Shown piece by piece: positions 1-35,569 of a DNA stretch of 64,000 nt (its first letter is position 1; each line of letters starts with the position of its first letter). A program made the position numbers and the translations under genes. Below the pieces are notes generated by a model. The model did not search any database. It saw only the letters and a program-made list of their open reading frames with translations, and was not told the origin of the DNA. This DNA comes from Macrostomum lignano. Its lineage: Eukaryota. The DNA lies in assembly GCA_002269645.1 (NCBI GenBank), contig NIVC01001022.1, positions 124,001-188,000 on the forward strand, written 5' to 3'.

Positions 1-22996
<22,996 letters not shown>

Positions 22997-23583
22997 GCTG
23001 ACTAAGAACAACTAATCTAAAATCGTGTTTTCAACTGTGAAAAAATTTCATAGTGATGATAATAACTAAGGCCCTGACTGCACTTCGTTTACTTTTTATT
23101 GCCGGACGGGCATTCGATCAACTTGAATTTTAAGACATTAGTTTTCGCGAGTTGTTAAAACAAAACTTTACCTAAAATATTAGCTACTGGCATCGAAAGT
23201 GTTTTATATCTTTCATGACAAATTTTTTTTAAACCCTTGCTGCTCGAAAAGTTTTTATGTAAATTATCGTCACTAGTTTGTTTTTTTAATGTAGAACGTG
23301 CTTACTCACGTAATTACAATCACGCACTATGAACAGTTATAACTGAGCTGAGTGACTTTAATTCTTGATTTTTCTACCACCATAATTTTTTATTGAAGTA
23401 CGTCTACGCATGTGCTTATTCCAGCTTTTCGATATTAACTAAGCCTAGAAATGTGTTCATAGCAATTTATTAAGCATTACTAGCCGTGTAGACCTATCCA
23501 CTGAGGCAATCCTGAAGATTCCCGCGTTTAATTATTTTACGCATTTTTATGCAATCCAATCAAAAAAGTCTGTCAGTGTTACA

Positions 23584-24739
23584 CTACTGGCACGGGTAAT
23601 AGTGTCCAATCCAGTATAGGATATTGCCAAACTGATGGTCCGGGAAGGCCCGGCGCCACATGAACTCTTGCAGGTATGTGCCGAAAAGGGCATCCGAAGT
23701 CGCCAGTGCATTGTCTCGCTGGAGGCCCATGTGTTGTACTTGTACACGGCGAAAAATTGCTTGGGAGTAGTGGAATAGGCAGCCCTGCAATTTAGCACGA
23801 GGAAAAATGGAGCGCAGTGACTGCCAGACAGCAGCTTCAAAATCAAGCACGCATGACTCAGGACCTGCCTGGCCTCCAATTACATTTGCCGTTTCTGCCC
23901 TTCTTGGACCTTAGCTTCGCAGGTGTGGTTCGATTGCCCACTTTGAAACTCGCCTTGAATCTCGACAGCCGTGGCTGTGGCAAGACACTTAAATCTAGAA
24001 TTGTGACAGTGCAACGCCAGTAGCACCTTCCATTTTTTTGGTAGGCCTAATTAAAACCAAGAACATACTCACGGCCCTGAATCACCTGAAGAAGTAGATC
24101 CTTGCCCTTATTTGTGGCACTTGTAATGCGGCGAAACATCTCTCCTTGAGGCTCAGTCAGAAACTGATGGGGCTCAGGCCTTAGCGGGTCAAGCTAATGC
24201 TCTTGCAGCCATTGTGGCTCTTCAAAGGGGCCTGCATCAATAGTGTACAATTCAGCTAGGATAAGCTCTGCAACTGGCTCTACTTGCTGCTGGACAGCTG
24301 GCGGCTCTACCTGCTGCTGGATGGGTGGCGGCTCTACCTACTGCTGGGCGGCTGGTGGCTCTACCTGCTGCTGGACAGCTGGCGGCTCTACCTGCTGCTG
24401 GACAGCTGGCGGCTCTACCTGCTGCTGGACAGCTGGCGGCTCTACCTACTGCTGGGCGGCTGGCGGCTATACCTGCTGCTGGACAGCTGGCGGCTCTACC
24501 TGCTGCTGGACGGGTGGCGGCTCTACTTGCTGCTGGATGGCTGGCGGCTCTACCTGCTGCTGGATGGCTAGCGGCTTTACAACGTTGCTAAATCTTGGGA
24601 TGGCAAAGTGTCCTCAAAATTTGGTCACTTCGTCATCTAGATTTACTAACATTTTTTTGATATGACAAAGCATCCAAAAACCATGGTCACTTTGTCATTG
24701 AGATGACGAAGTGGTAAGATGACGAAGTGTCTAGGAACC
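23584..24739 (-). mobile_element. Decayed FLYWCH-MULE (Phantom-like) DNA transposon fused to a Merlin/ISXO2-type transposase C-terminus
   Basis: Minus-strand translation, with stops and frameshifts: TNKGKDLLL...GREY...NGRCYWRCT...KCLATA...NHTC (FLYWCH-like); VLDFEAAVWQSLRSIFPRAKLQGCLFHYSQAIFRRVQ (MULE core with CxxH); TSDALFGTYLQEFMWRRAFPDHQFGNILYWIGHYYP (Merlin-type tail). Subterminal CACTTCGTCATCT repeats occur in both orientations at 24626-24730. Confidence 0.75.
24275..24580 (-). repeat. 27-bp tandem repeat encoding VEPPAVQQQ in frame with the FLYWCH region
   Basis: Unit GCGGCTCTACCTGCTGCTGGACAGCTG on the plus strand, about 11 copies. Confidence 0.85.
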
Positions 24740-26452
24740 TATTAATAGGCCCTTAATATACCTATATATTTATTAGGCCTAGCCACCTATATTGTTTTTT
24801 ATTCTATTGACATTCTTATTTTTAGGCCTAAATATATAGCCTAGCCTAGTAGGCCTTTCTTTCAAAGCCTAGGCTATGTCTCTTTGGGGACAGCCTAGAG
24901 CCCACTTTGGTATCTATTTGGTATCTATATCTATACTTTAGTATCTAAATGGTGACAGACTAGGGATTGCAAAATCCCAGTTTTTTGTGATCCTGGGATC
25001 CTGGGATTCAATCCCAGAGTTTGGCCAATCCTTGTATTCAATCCCGAGATTAGAAAATTACATATCTTTAAGCTTCTTAGTTAAAATTCTAAGGCAAAAT
25101 ATGTGCTAAACATTTTTGCTTCCATTTTTTATTTTTATAGAGATAATGATCTATATGTAGATAAAAAACAGTATTATCTTGTGATGGATTTAAGTAAGTA
25201 GTATAAAAGTATTAATTAGTAGTAAAGAAGCAAATCATGTATTAAAATTTATATTGGAATAGATTTCACATTTAAATCTATGATGTAGGGTTTAAAAAGG
25301 CACCACTAAACATGAGGCAATCAACAGAAATTAGCGCAGTGTAATAAACTAGTTGTGGGCCCAATTATGTTTATATTGCAATATTTATTGTTACAATATT
25401 AGTCTAGATTTGAGAGTATAGGTGTGCACAAAATTTTTTGGCATGCATTTTTAATTATTTAAATTTTGTTTGGGCATATACCTAGCATGATTCAGATTAT
25501 GGTAAATACTCTAGATCAGTTGCTTATAATTTGATGCCTTGCTAAAATAGGTCAGTATTTGGAGGAAAGTATACAACTTACTTTATATTCTAATTCTTTA
25601 CATGTAAATTAAATTTAAATTAAGCATTATACATATATATCTATTTGCTACTATTTAAGAAAATGACTCAATAAGTGAAAAAAAGCTGCTTTTAACAACA
25701 TTTCCTAAAATTGTGACAAGCTTTTATGACTCAGTTAAAAATTGAATATAGTCTGTTACCTTAGTGGACATACTAATTTTTTTCTATACATTTTTGTTGT
25801 TTTATAGTTTAGGATATAGAAGCAGCATATATTGGATTATCTAAAAATGTTTTGGTACAAATTGTGCTACCACCTGGACTATAGGTTAGGTAGGTAGAAA
25901 TTTATATGAAATTAAATTTATTTTCAAGGTCTCTTATGTGCCTTTAGCTTGATATACATGTTTAACATGGTTAATGTGAGACAAGTAATGTTATAATATA
26001 TTGTGGTGGCCAGACTGCATGCAACTAGCAGCACCAGTGCAGATGCACTGGAAACCCCCAACCTCTGTCTAGCTGAGGCGGGGTGGGTGCACACCAAGCT
26101 AGCCAGCTTGCTAAGCCAGGCGGTTGGTATAGCCTATCATGCCACGCCATCTTTTTGCATCTCCCTAGGCCCCTCAATCTAGCGCTGTTTGTAATTATAT
26201 AAATACACATGCAGAGCAGCACAAACTCTTCACTGCCATTCCATCTATTGAAATAAAAAGGCCTTCCACCTCAATATCAACATTGATTTGGTATCTTAAA
26301 TTTCAGCCCTAGATTTTTTCAAGGCTTTTTTCACAGTTTGCTAATTTTTGCTCTAGAGCATAGGCTCAGCAGTGTGAATGGTAGGGTTGAGGCTGGCCTA
26401 TAGAAACTAATTTGCAACATTTCAGTCATAAATTAATATACAGCGAAGTAAA

Positions 26453-29400
26453 ATGTCAGTTCACAAATATCCGCCATTGTCTGCTGATAGCCTTGTTCAA
26501 CACTTGAATGTCTATCTTGGCACAGAAATAGTTGATGAGCATGAGTTGTTGTCAACGGAGACAACTCAGCAGGTGTTTGTTATGTTGGTGTACCGTTTAA
26601 CTGGCATCAGTGTGTCATCCGAAGATCAGGAGCAGCAATCGCCTGGTGGCTATGCACCGACTTCCAATCAAGATAAACAAGTTGCTCTGCTGTCCTTTGC
26701 TTTGCCCAGCTTGTTGAAGGCTGCCCACGTGAACTGTCCTATAACTATATCTGACATCTGCAGTCAGCTGGCTCCCGATCGAACTAAGCGCCTGCTTGAT
26801 GTGCTCAGCGGATTGGTTAATTTGCTCGTTTATTATCAGAAGTGTACCAAAACTCAGCTGGACAAGGTGAATTCGGAAATTCAAGCTTTGACTGATCGAG
26901 AAAAGGTAGAGTTTATGAATGTTATAAATATTTAATTATAATATTATACTGTAGTCAATGAGTTCCAGCAGTTTTGAGTTAAAATGGGTTTAAGTTCCAG
27001 CTGGTTTGAGTTCCAACTGGTTTGAGTTCCAGCTGGTTTCAGTTCCAGCTGGTTTGAGTTCCAACTGGTTTGAGTTCCAGCTGGTTTGAGTTCCAGCTGG
27101 TTTGAGTTCCAGCTGGTTTGAGTTCCAGCTGGTTTAAGTTCCAGCTGGTTTGAGTTCCAGCTAGTTTGAGTTCCAGCTGGTTTGAGTTCCAGCTGGTTTG
27201 AGTTAAAATGGGTTTGAGTTTCAGCTGGTTTGAGTTCCAGCTGGTTTGAGTTCCAGCTAGTTTGAGTTCCAGCTGGTTTGAGTTCCAGCTGGTTTGAGTT
27301 CCAGCTAGTTTGAGTTCCAGCTGGTTTGAGTTCCAGCTGGTTTGACTTCCAGCTGGTTTGAGTTCCAGCTGGTTTGAGTTCCAGTTGGTTTGAGTTAAAA
27401 TGGGTTCGAGTTCCAGCTGGTTTGAGTTCCAGCCATCTGGTTTGAGTTCCAACTGGTTTGAGTTAAAATGGGTTTGAGTTCTAGCTGGTTTGAGTTCCAA
27501 TTGGTTTGAGTTCCAGCTGGTTTGAGTTCCAGCTGGTTTGAGTTCCAACTGGTTTGAGTTCCAACTGGTTTGAGTTCCAACTGGTTTGAGTTCCAACTGG
27601 TTTGAGTTCCAGCTGGTTTGAGTTCCTGCTGGTTTGAGTTTATGTATTTGTCTGTGTAACAAATGGAAAATATTCGCTCAAATTAAATTTATGCTACTCA
27701 TTGTTCTAAACTGAATAGTAGTACATTTTAAACAACTGTTTTGCACCTGGCCAGGCTCTCTGCGCAGAGGCCGCTGCCAACCAACGCCAAGTGGCCGAAT
27801 TTGAAAGCGCAGCAAGCCAAGCTGCCAGCCTCACTCGTCAGGTGGAATCAACCCGAACCAAAGTGAGTCAGTGATGATGGTTGGTATGCTTCTTTAGAAA
27901 AATGTACTTTTAAAGAATCCGTTTGTGAAACAATTTAACAAACCATCAACAAAATTCAACTCAATCCTCGCCTACCCCGGCAGCTCCGCTCCCGCGAGAA
28001 CGAGCTCAGCGCTGAGCAGCACGCAGTTGAAGAGCTGGTGTGCCGTCGCGAGGCCCAAGACCAGGAGGTGGTCGGACAGGAGGCCATTGCCAAGTCTATG
28101 CGAGCTCGGAAGGCCAAGCTAGCAGAACAGGCGGTAGCCTCTCCCGAGGGCCTGTTCCATTTGAAATCGAAAATGGAAGAGGACGTCGAACAGCGCAAAG
28201 TGCTGCTAGAGGCTCGCTATAAACGTTTGGAAGAAGTTAAAAGTCAGGGTCGGGCAGCGAAGAGTCAGCTGCGAGTGTCTGAATTGCCGGCTCTGTTTGA
28301 TGAGGCCGATCGGCACAGACAGGTGGGTTTCAGTCTTTTTATCTGCGGTCATTTGAAGTTTCTTGAAATCGAAAAAAAATTATCCAATTTTATAAATAAT
28401 TGATTTGCCCTTCAATCTACCTGGAAAAGAATCTCCCCATTTCGCCCCACCAACCTGAGAGAATCGCCCTACCAACCCCAGAGAGAATCGCCCCACCAAT
28501 CTCAGAGAGAATCTCCCCACCATCCCCAGAGAGAATCGCCCCATCAACCTCAGAGTGAATCGCCCCATCAACCCCAGAGAGAATCGCCCCTCCACCGATC
28601 CCAGAGAGAACCGTCCCACCAACCGCAGAGAGAATCGCCCCTCCACCAACCGCAGAGAGAATCGCCCCTCCACCAATCTCAGAGAGAATCGCCCCATCAA
28701 CCCCAGAGAGAATCGCCCCACCAACCGCAGAGAATCGCCCCACCAACCCCAGAGAGAATCGCCCCACCAACCGCAGAGAGAATCGCCCCACCAACCGCAG
28801 AGAGAATCGCCCCACCAACCGCAGAGAATCGCCCCACCAACCGCAGAGAGAATCGCCCCATCAATCTCAGAGAGAATCGCCCCACCAATCCCAGAGAGAA
28901 TCGCTCCACCAACCCCAGAGAGAATCACCCCACCAACCGCAGAGAGAATCGCCCCACCAACCGCAGAGAGAATCACCCCACCAACCGCAGAGAGAATCGC
29001 CCCACCAACCGCAGAGAATCGCCCCATCAAACCCCAGAGAAAATCGCCCCACCAACCTCAGAGAGAATCGCCCCACCACCAACCCCAGAGAGAATCGCCC
29101 CACCACCAACCTCAGAGAGAATCGCCCCATCAACCCCAGAGAGAATCGCCCCTCCACCAACCTCAGAGAGAATCGCCCCATCAACCCCAGAGAGAATCGC
29201 CCCACCACCAACCTCAGAGAGAATCGCCCCACCAACCGCAGAGAGAATCGCCCCTCCACCAATCTCAGAGAGAATCGCCCTACCAACCGCAGAGAGAATC
29301 GCCCCACCAACCGCAGAGAGAATCGCCCCACCAACCTCAGAGAGAATCGTCCCACCACCAACCTCAGAGAGAATCGCCCCATCAACCCCAGAGAGAATCG

Positions 29401-30019
29401 CCCCTCCACCGATCCCAGAGAGAACCGTCCCACCAACCGCAGAGAGAATCGCCCCTCCACCAACCGCAGAGAGAATCGCCCCTCCACCAATCTCAGAGAG
29501 AATCGCCCCATCAACCCCAGAGAGAATCCCCCCATCAACCCTAGAGAGAATCTCCCCATCAACCCCAGAGAGAATCTCCCCATCAACCCCAGAGAGAATC
29601 GCCCCATCAACCCCTTTAACATTCGGAAAACCCAACACCCGCAGGTGCTGGCTCAAGTGAACGAGTCCGTAGAAGCCATGAACGCCGAAGCCGGGCCACG
29701 CGAAGCCCGACTCCGTCTGTTAGCCGGCGAAGTCAAAGCCCAATTATCGGCGCTGGAGACCTTAGCAACCGCGGCTGCGGCGGCGGAAAATTCCACAACC
29801 GGTGCCGCTGGTCCAGCTGGGCAGCTGCGCGAAGGCTTAGCATCCGTCCAGGCCCGCCTAACCTCGGCCATTGCGAAAGAGCGCGAGGCCGCGGAACGAA
29901 TCGATGAAGTCGTTAGTCGGGAGGGCCAAAGCCGCGCCGGGTTGCAGGCTTTGAAATCGGCGGATAGAGAAGTGGCTCGATCGCTGGCTAGATTGGCTGA
30001 TCGGCTCAATGCACTTTGA
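26453..30019 (+). CDS. NUF2: Kinetochore protein Nuf2 homolog, about 424 aa
   Basis: Exons 26453-26905, 27755-27862, 27984-28322, 29645-30019, all phase 0 with GT-AG; N-terminal CH-like domain (KYPPLS...ISDIC...PDRTKRLLDVLSGLVN) followed by long coiled coil. Confidence 0.75.
26960..27640 (+). repeat. 16-bp minisatellite (GAGTTCCAGCTGGTTT) in NUF2 intron 1
   Basis: About 40 tandem units. Confidence 0.95.
28430..29612 (+). repeat. About 22-27-bp minisatellite (CCAACCGCAGAGAGAATCGCCCCA) in NUF2 intron 3
   Basis: Fills almost all of intron 28323-29644. Confidence 0.95.
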
Positions 30020-30289
30020 CTTTTTGCTTGGTTTGATTCGCAGATACTAAAATAACTAGACATGTCACTCTATTAAAGTTTTGAAAAGGTAGACTTTATC
30101 TTTTTTCAGTAGTTTGTCTGCGCAGCGTGACTTAAATTTAATGTGGCAGCTAAAATTTCCTTTACTTCCTAAGGGTTTGCGGCCTCGGAAAGCATATAGG
30201 GTTTAGAATGAACAACAAGCATTAACTCATATGTACACAAGTGAACGCAAGACGAACAAAAGTCAGCCTGGGGGGGGGGCAGGCGCTAT

Positions 30290-30725
30290 ATAGCTCAGTC
30301 AAAGAGAGAGCAGTAAGGAGAGAGGTCAGAGTCAGAAGGACGAAAGTCGGCCTAGAGGGCAGGCCTAATCTAGCTCAGCCAATGAGAGAGCAGTAAGGAG
30401 AGAGGTCAGAGTCAGAAGGACGAAAGTCAGCTTAAAGGGCAGACCCAATCTAGCTCAGCCAATGAGAGAGCAGTAAGGAGAGAGGTCAGAGTCAGAAGGA
30501 CGAAAGTCGGCCTAGAGGGCAGGCCCAATCTAGCTCAGCCAATGAGAGAGCAGTAAGGAGAGAGGTCAAAGTCAGAAGGACGAAAGTCGGCCTAGAGGGC
30601 AGGCCCAATCTAGCTCAGCCAATGAGAGAGCAGTAAGGAGAGAGCAAAGTCAGACGGATGAAAGTTAGTCTAAGGGGGCTGGCCAGCTCAGCCAATGAGA
30701 GCAGTAAGGAGAGAGGTCAAAGTCA
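30290..30725 (+). repeat. 80-bp tandem repeat, about 5.5 copies
   Basis: TAGCTCAGCCAATGAGAGAGCAG... recurs at 30371, 30451, 30531 and 30611. Confidence 0.92.
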
Positions 30726-33700
30726 GATACAAAGTGGGCAAGATGGAAACTGTTTATCGGTCTGGCTGGAGGCTGGGGCTCCATCCCTTCTCTCCTGCTC
30801 GCTATGCACACGCAGTGGGATTTGGGTGCTAATTTAATGAGTCTGTTGGTAGGAGCCAGAGGCGGTTGTTTCAACTTGAGTTTTTATTATAGTATTATAA
30901 AAAAGGTACTAAAATTCATTTTAGTGACACCTAGCTATTCTAGAATCAGTGATTTTGCTTGCTTATCGATTTTACGTAATTAACAAGCGATAAAGTGTTA
31001 TTTTCACGCGTAAATTATTTGTACCAGTAGTTATCATACTGAACATACACTTTGGCCATGCAATATTGTACTATAATTTAGTAAAAGAAAACTTCAATAT
31101 GTACTTTTACAGTATTTAGCATTCGTTGAATAATAAAATCTTTGTAAATTAAACCAACTGATAAACTGATTCTTATGTAGCTATTGCATGGCTATTACGA
31201 GAGTTGCTATTATTATTGCTGATTAATTTCTAATGCATTTTATTTTACAGTTATTATCTTGTCTAGCATTTTGCTTGCGTCTGATTTTTGTTGTCTGTAA
31301 AGCTTGCAATAAATAAAAGTTTATGTTCAGTTTTTTTTCTTACGAAAATTATAACGGCCAATTATTATTCTGCGACGTTGCTCTATGGACTTCTTTCATC
31401 GTTTAGAGCAGGGACCACCTGCGGCCCGCGAAGCCCCTCTATCCGGACCTCGGCTCCTTTGAAAATTCACAATAGCCATCTGGCCTACTTAAGGTTTGTG
31501 TCTCTTCTCTCCCCTCCTCTCTCTCTCGTCTCCTAGCCTCTTCCTCTTCTCTCCGCTCTATCTTTGCTCCCTTCTCTTCTCATCTTCCATGTACCCTCTC
31601 CTAGCTAAATATATCAGCCGACCCCTGGTTTAGGGAATTATATCAGAGAAATTGGGTCTAGAGAAATTGACGTCCAAATTCGATACCCCCTAATCTCGAT
31701 TCTCAGAGACTTTGAGTACACCCAGCACTCTTAAAGTACATTTTAATGAGCTCATTACCGCCTAGAACTGCACAACGGGTAGCTGTGATGAGCTTGCTCT
31801 ATTACGCGCGAGTATATGAGCACTCTAAGAGAGAAGTATTGCAATCGGTCTGAAAGTTCATTCTCCAGTAGCCATGCAGTTTCACCCTCTCCCTGTCCCC
31901 CCTCCCTCTCCCCTGTCTCCCTCACTGTCTCCTCTTTCTGTATCTCTCCCCTATATCCCTCTCCAGTCTGAGTCTCCCTCTCCCTGTAAAATTGCCTTCG
32001 ATTGCGCTCAGCCCTGCAAGGCCTTGTGGTTCAATCTTTAACTGCAAAACTTTAACTGCACAACTATATAGAATACGTCAACAGAGTAACATTCTGTGCA
32101 TGCTTAATTTAAGTACATGTAATGGTAAACTTGACTGCTCTTGATCAGCGCTGATTCTGCGATGCAAAAAGATTTTTTCCTGTTTTCGTACATGTACATG
32201 TTAGTATACTCGTATTTTTTCATGAAATCGACTTGAATTAATGTGATCTTTGAGTTTTGCGTTCTATTATACTGCATTCGTCCTTGGAGATTCATCGATC
32301 TAGAGTCCTCTGAGAGCTGTTCTGTCTCTGACTCGTAGATATTGAAGATCTCAGCTAAATAGGTGTAACACCAGATGTTGCATGCATCAATCAACTGTGA
32401 TAAAATTTGACATTTAGCATGATTTTATTTAGCCACCCAAAGTTAGTAATTCCAAAAAAGTCTGAAGGTCGAGTATATCCTCTTTTATTCAATAATTTTG
32501 AAAGTTAAATTGCTTGTAAATGAATCAAACAGAGTTTTATATTTAAAATTAGCGCCAATAAAATTAAAAATTATTTAATGCACTTTTTATTGTTTTTTAT
32601 TACAACTTTTGATCTGTTACTCAGTATTTAATGTAATAATTTTCATGTAGAAATATATGGAATTTAGTTACAGTTTTTGTTTTATTGTTTTACTATTTGT
32701 TTTACTATTTATATGCGCTATTTAAAATCATAAAATTATTCATTTTCCTTAGAACAAACGAAGGTTTTGATAATGGATATAAATGGTAATAAGTCTGAAA
32801 GATAATAAAAGCTTTATTACTCAATGCTCACGCCTCACATTATAAAATCATAAAATTTTTATATTCGATCATTGTAACTTTAACTTACAATGTAACTTGT
32901 AAGTAGGGCCTAGCACTCAAGAAAACCAATTGGGTCAAAATTGGAGGTTCACAAAGCAAACATGCAGTAATAGTTAATAATAATAATAGCTACAATTACA
33001 AGCAAACATTCAAGTAATAGTAAAGCTTTAGGATTATTTAATTAGGAATGGATTTCATTGTTGGAATATTAACAGCTGGTGAGCTATGAGCAGGATACTT
33101 GTGCAGCGTTGTGCCTTGTTATTTGCACAGTACCGTGTACTGTAAATAGTAGGCCTACTGTCATTATTTACATGGTAACTAAAAAAAATTAGTATAAAAA
33201 GTTAAAAAAACTTTTATATACTGTGTAGTACCCCCCTAGTGCCTATGGCTATAGCTAGGCCTATGGTCCAGTTATTTGACTACAAATCTATCATTTTGAT
33301 AGTGAATGAGTTGCATTATTGTTTCTTTCTTTTGAACACCCTTCATACTTTGCATTACTAATAGGCCCCTACTATGAGTACTACAAGCTAATAAATAATG
33401 CTAAGCAGTTAAGCTATTAACACAAATTATAAATCATACCTAAACTAGGCCTAGGCCCTACTAAACTCTATCTACCAACTTTTGTTAGGCCTAGTTAAAA
33501 TTTATAATGAAAATACAAGATACAGGCATAATTATTTAGTACCTGATAGGAGAATTAATTATTTATAAGGTATTTTTTCAGTTACCATGTAAATAACATA
33601 GGCTATATTTACATAATATTATGCAAATAATGATTGCCTATTAATAGCCTTGGACCTTAGTCATGCCCATAATGGACTTGGACCTTTGTTCTAGGCTTCT

Positions 33701-35569
33701 TTCTAATTTTTTTATGAATGACTATAATAAACTAAGTAATTGACTATTATTAATTATAAATTGTCAATTCAAAATCAATTATAATGATCAATTATAATTA
33801 GATGACACTTATCAAATAATGATAATAGATTTTTTAGGGGGAGGGAGATGTACAGGCCATAGTCTAAAGACAAAAATGTAGTAAATACTAAATAGATTTT
33901 ATTAGTCCAAAAGCTCTAATGCAAATAGCCTAGGCTAAGGCTATTTATCATTTGTACTTGGCACATTTAGCGTATTAATTATATTTATAGTAATAATATG
34001 AACATTAACAATAATGATATAATAAATAGAGGACTTAGCCCTAAGTACAATGAATTATTGGGACTTTATAACAATTGTTAGGCCTAATTGTATTTTATTA
34101 TAAATATAAAAGATATAAATATAAATAAATATTATATAAAAGACTATTCAAAGACACTTCAAGTTCAAGATTCAAATTCAGTTCAATTTGGATAAAAATA
34201 AAGCTATTGCAATTGCAAGTGATTAAGTCTAAAAATAACAATAAATTTATAAATTGCTTTTTCAAGTTTTTTAGGAAAGTTTGTTTTTGGGATATAAAAA
34301 CCCTAAGTAGTTGTATATAGGCCTAGTGCAAGTGCAAGGAAAAAATTGCTTTGGGGCACATTATATAAAAAATATAAATTTATTCTTGCTAATATAATGT
34401 ACTCTTTTGCCTTTTACTAGGCCTATGGTATACAAAGTATATGCTCTCTATCAATTTTAATTTTTTTCTATAGGAATAGGCCTCTATAGGTACTAAGTAC
34501 ATTGTAGAGGTTGATTAAAATTTGGCAAGTTATTCCAATTGAAAAATAGATTTTATACTAAAATATTGTCTTTGACTATAGTCTATTAGGCTTAGTTTAG
34601 AGACTTAAGTAAGATTTTAAAAGCTGAAAATTTTGAATTTTATATCTTTTAAAACTCAGTGGCTAGCAATTTTTCACCTTATTTACTAAGTTTTTTGTCA
34701 AAATTTAGCATTATGATATTACAATTGTTATACCATTTTCAATTTCAATATGCCATTAGCATAAATGTAAAATAGCACTTTGTAAGCCCATATTGGTATA
34801 GATAAACATAATGGAAATGCAAGATAGAATTTGCTAATTCAAATTACAAACTCACATGATGAAATGCAACTTGCTGTTGATCATAAAGTGCAAGTTATAT
34901 GTTGTACAGCTGTCATGACAAACAAGGTAATATTTTAACAAAGTTAAAAGCCCCTGAATTGAGGGTTCAGGATTGGCAATTTGGCAATGGTATAATGGCA
35001 AAAATTTTTATATAATTTTGGCAAAATAGCATCAAAATCATTATGCTATTTTTAATTTTGACATGTTATGACATGCCTATGACACAAAAACCCAGCTTAT
35101 TTATGAAATTGAATCATACTCTAGTAAGGTATATTTCATGCTAGAAAATTCTAGCATATATTTGGTTTGACAAAAAATGTTGGCATACATTAGCATGCTT
35201 TCGGGTATTGCATAGAAAAGGTAACATGCTATAATATAAAATTAATTTGGCATAATAGTAGGGCATAGGGTGTTACCAAGGATAATATATAATAACTGGA
35301 TTGCCTAAATGGTGCTAAATCATGCTTAAATTTTGTTTAAGTATAGTTTTTTAGAAAGAAAATAATTTTATTTGTAAGCTTTTACTTTTTTACTCTTGTT
35401 CAATTTGTCTGCTAGTTCCAAACTAATGTGACTTGATTCTGTGAGATTCATTATATGTATATAACAAGCTTTTTTGTCTTTAGTAGTAATAATTATAACT
35501 AAACCACCATGTAACTTTTAGCTAGCTTTATATATTCCCCATTGGATTTTAAATTTTTAAAGTAGGCAT

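Noticed and set aside
28380-29656. Multiple 130-330-aa repetitive ORFs on both strands
   Set aside because: Translations of the NUF2 intron 3 minisatellite.
32104-32394. 96-aa minus-strand ORF
   Set aside because: No recognisable motif or splice context; AT-rich intergenic sequence.
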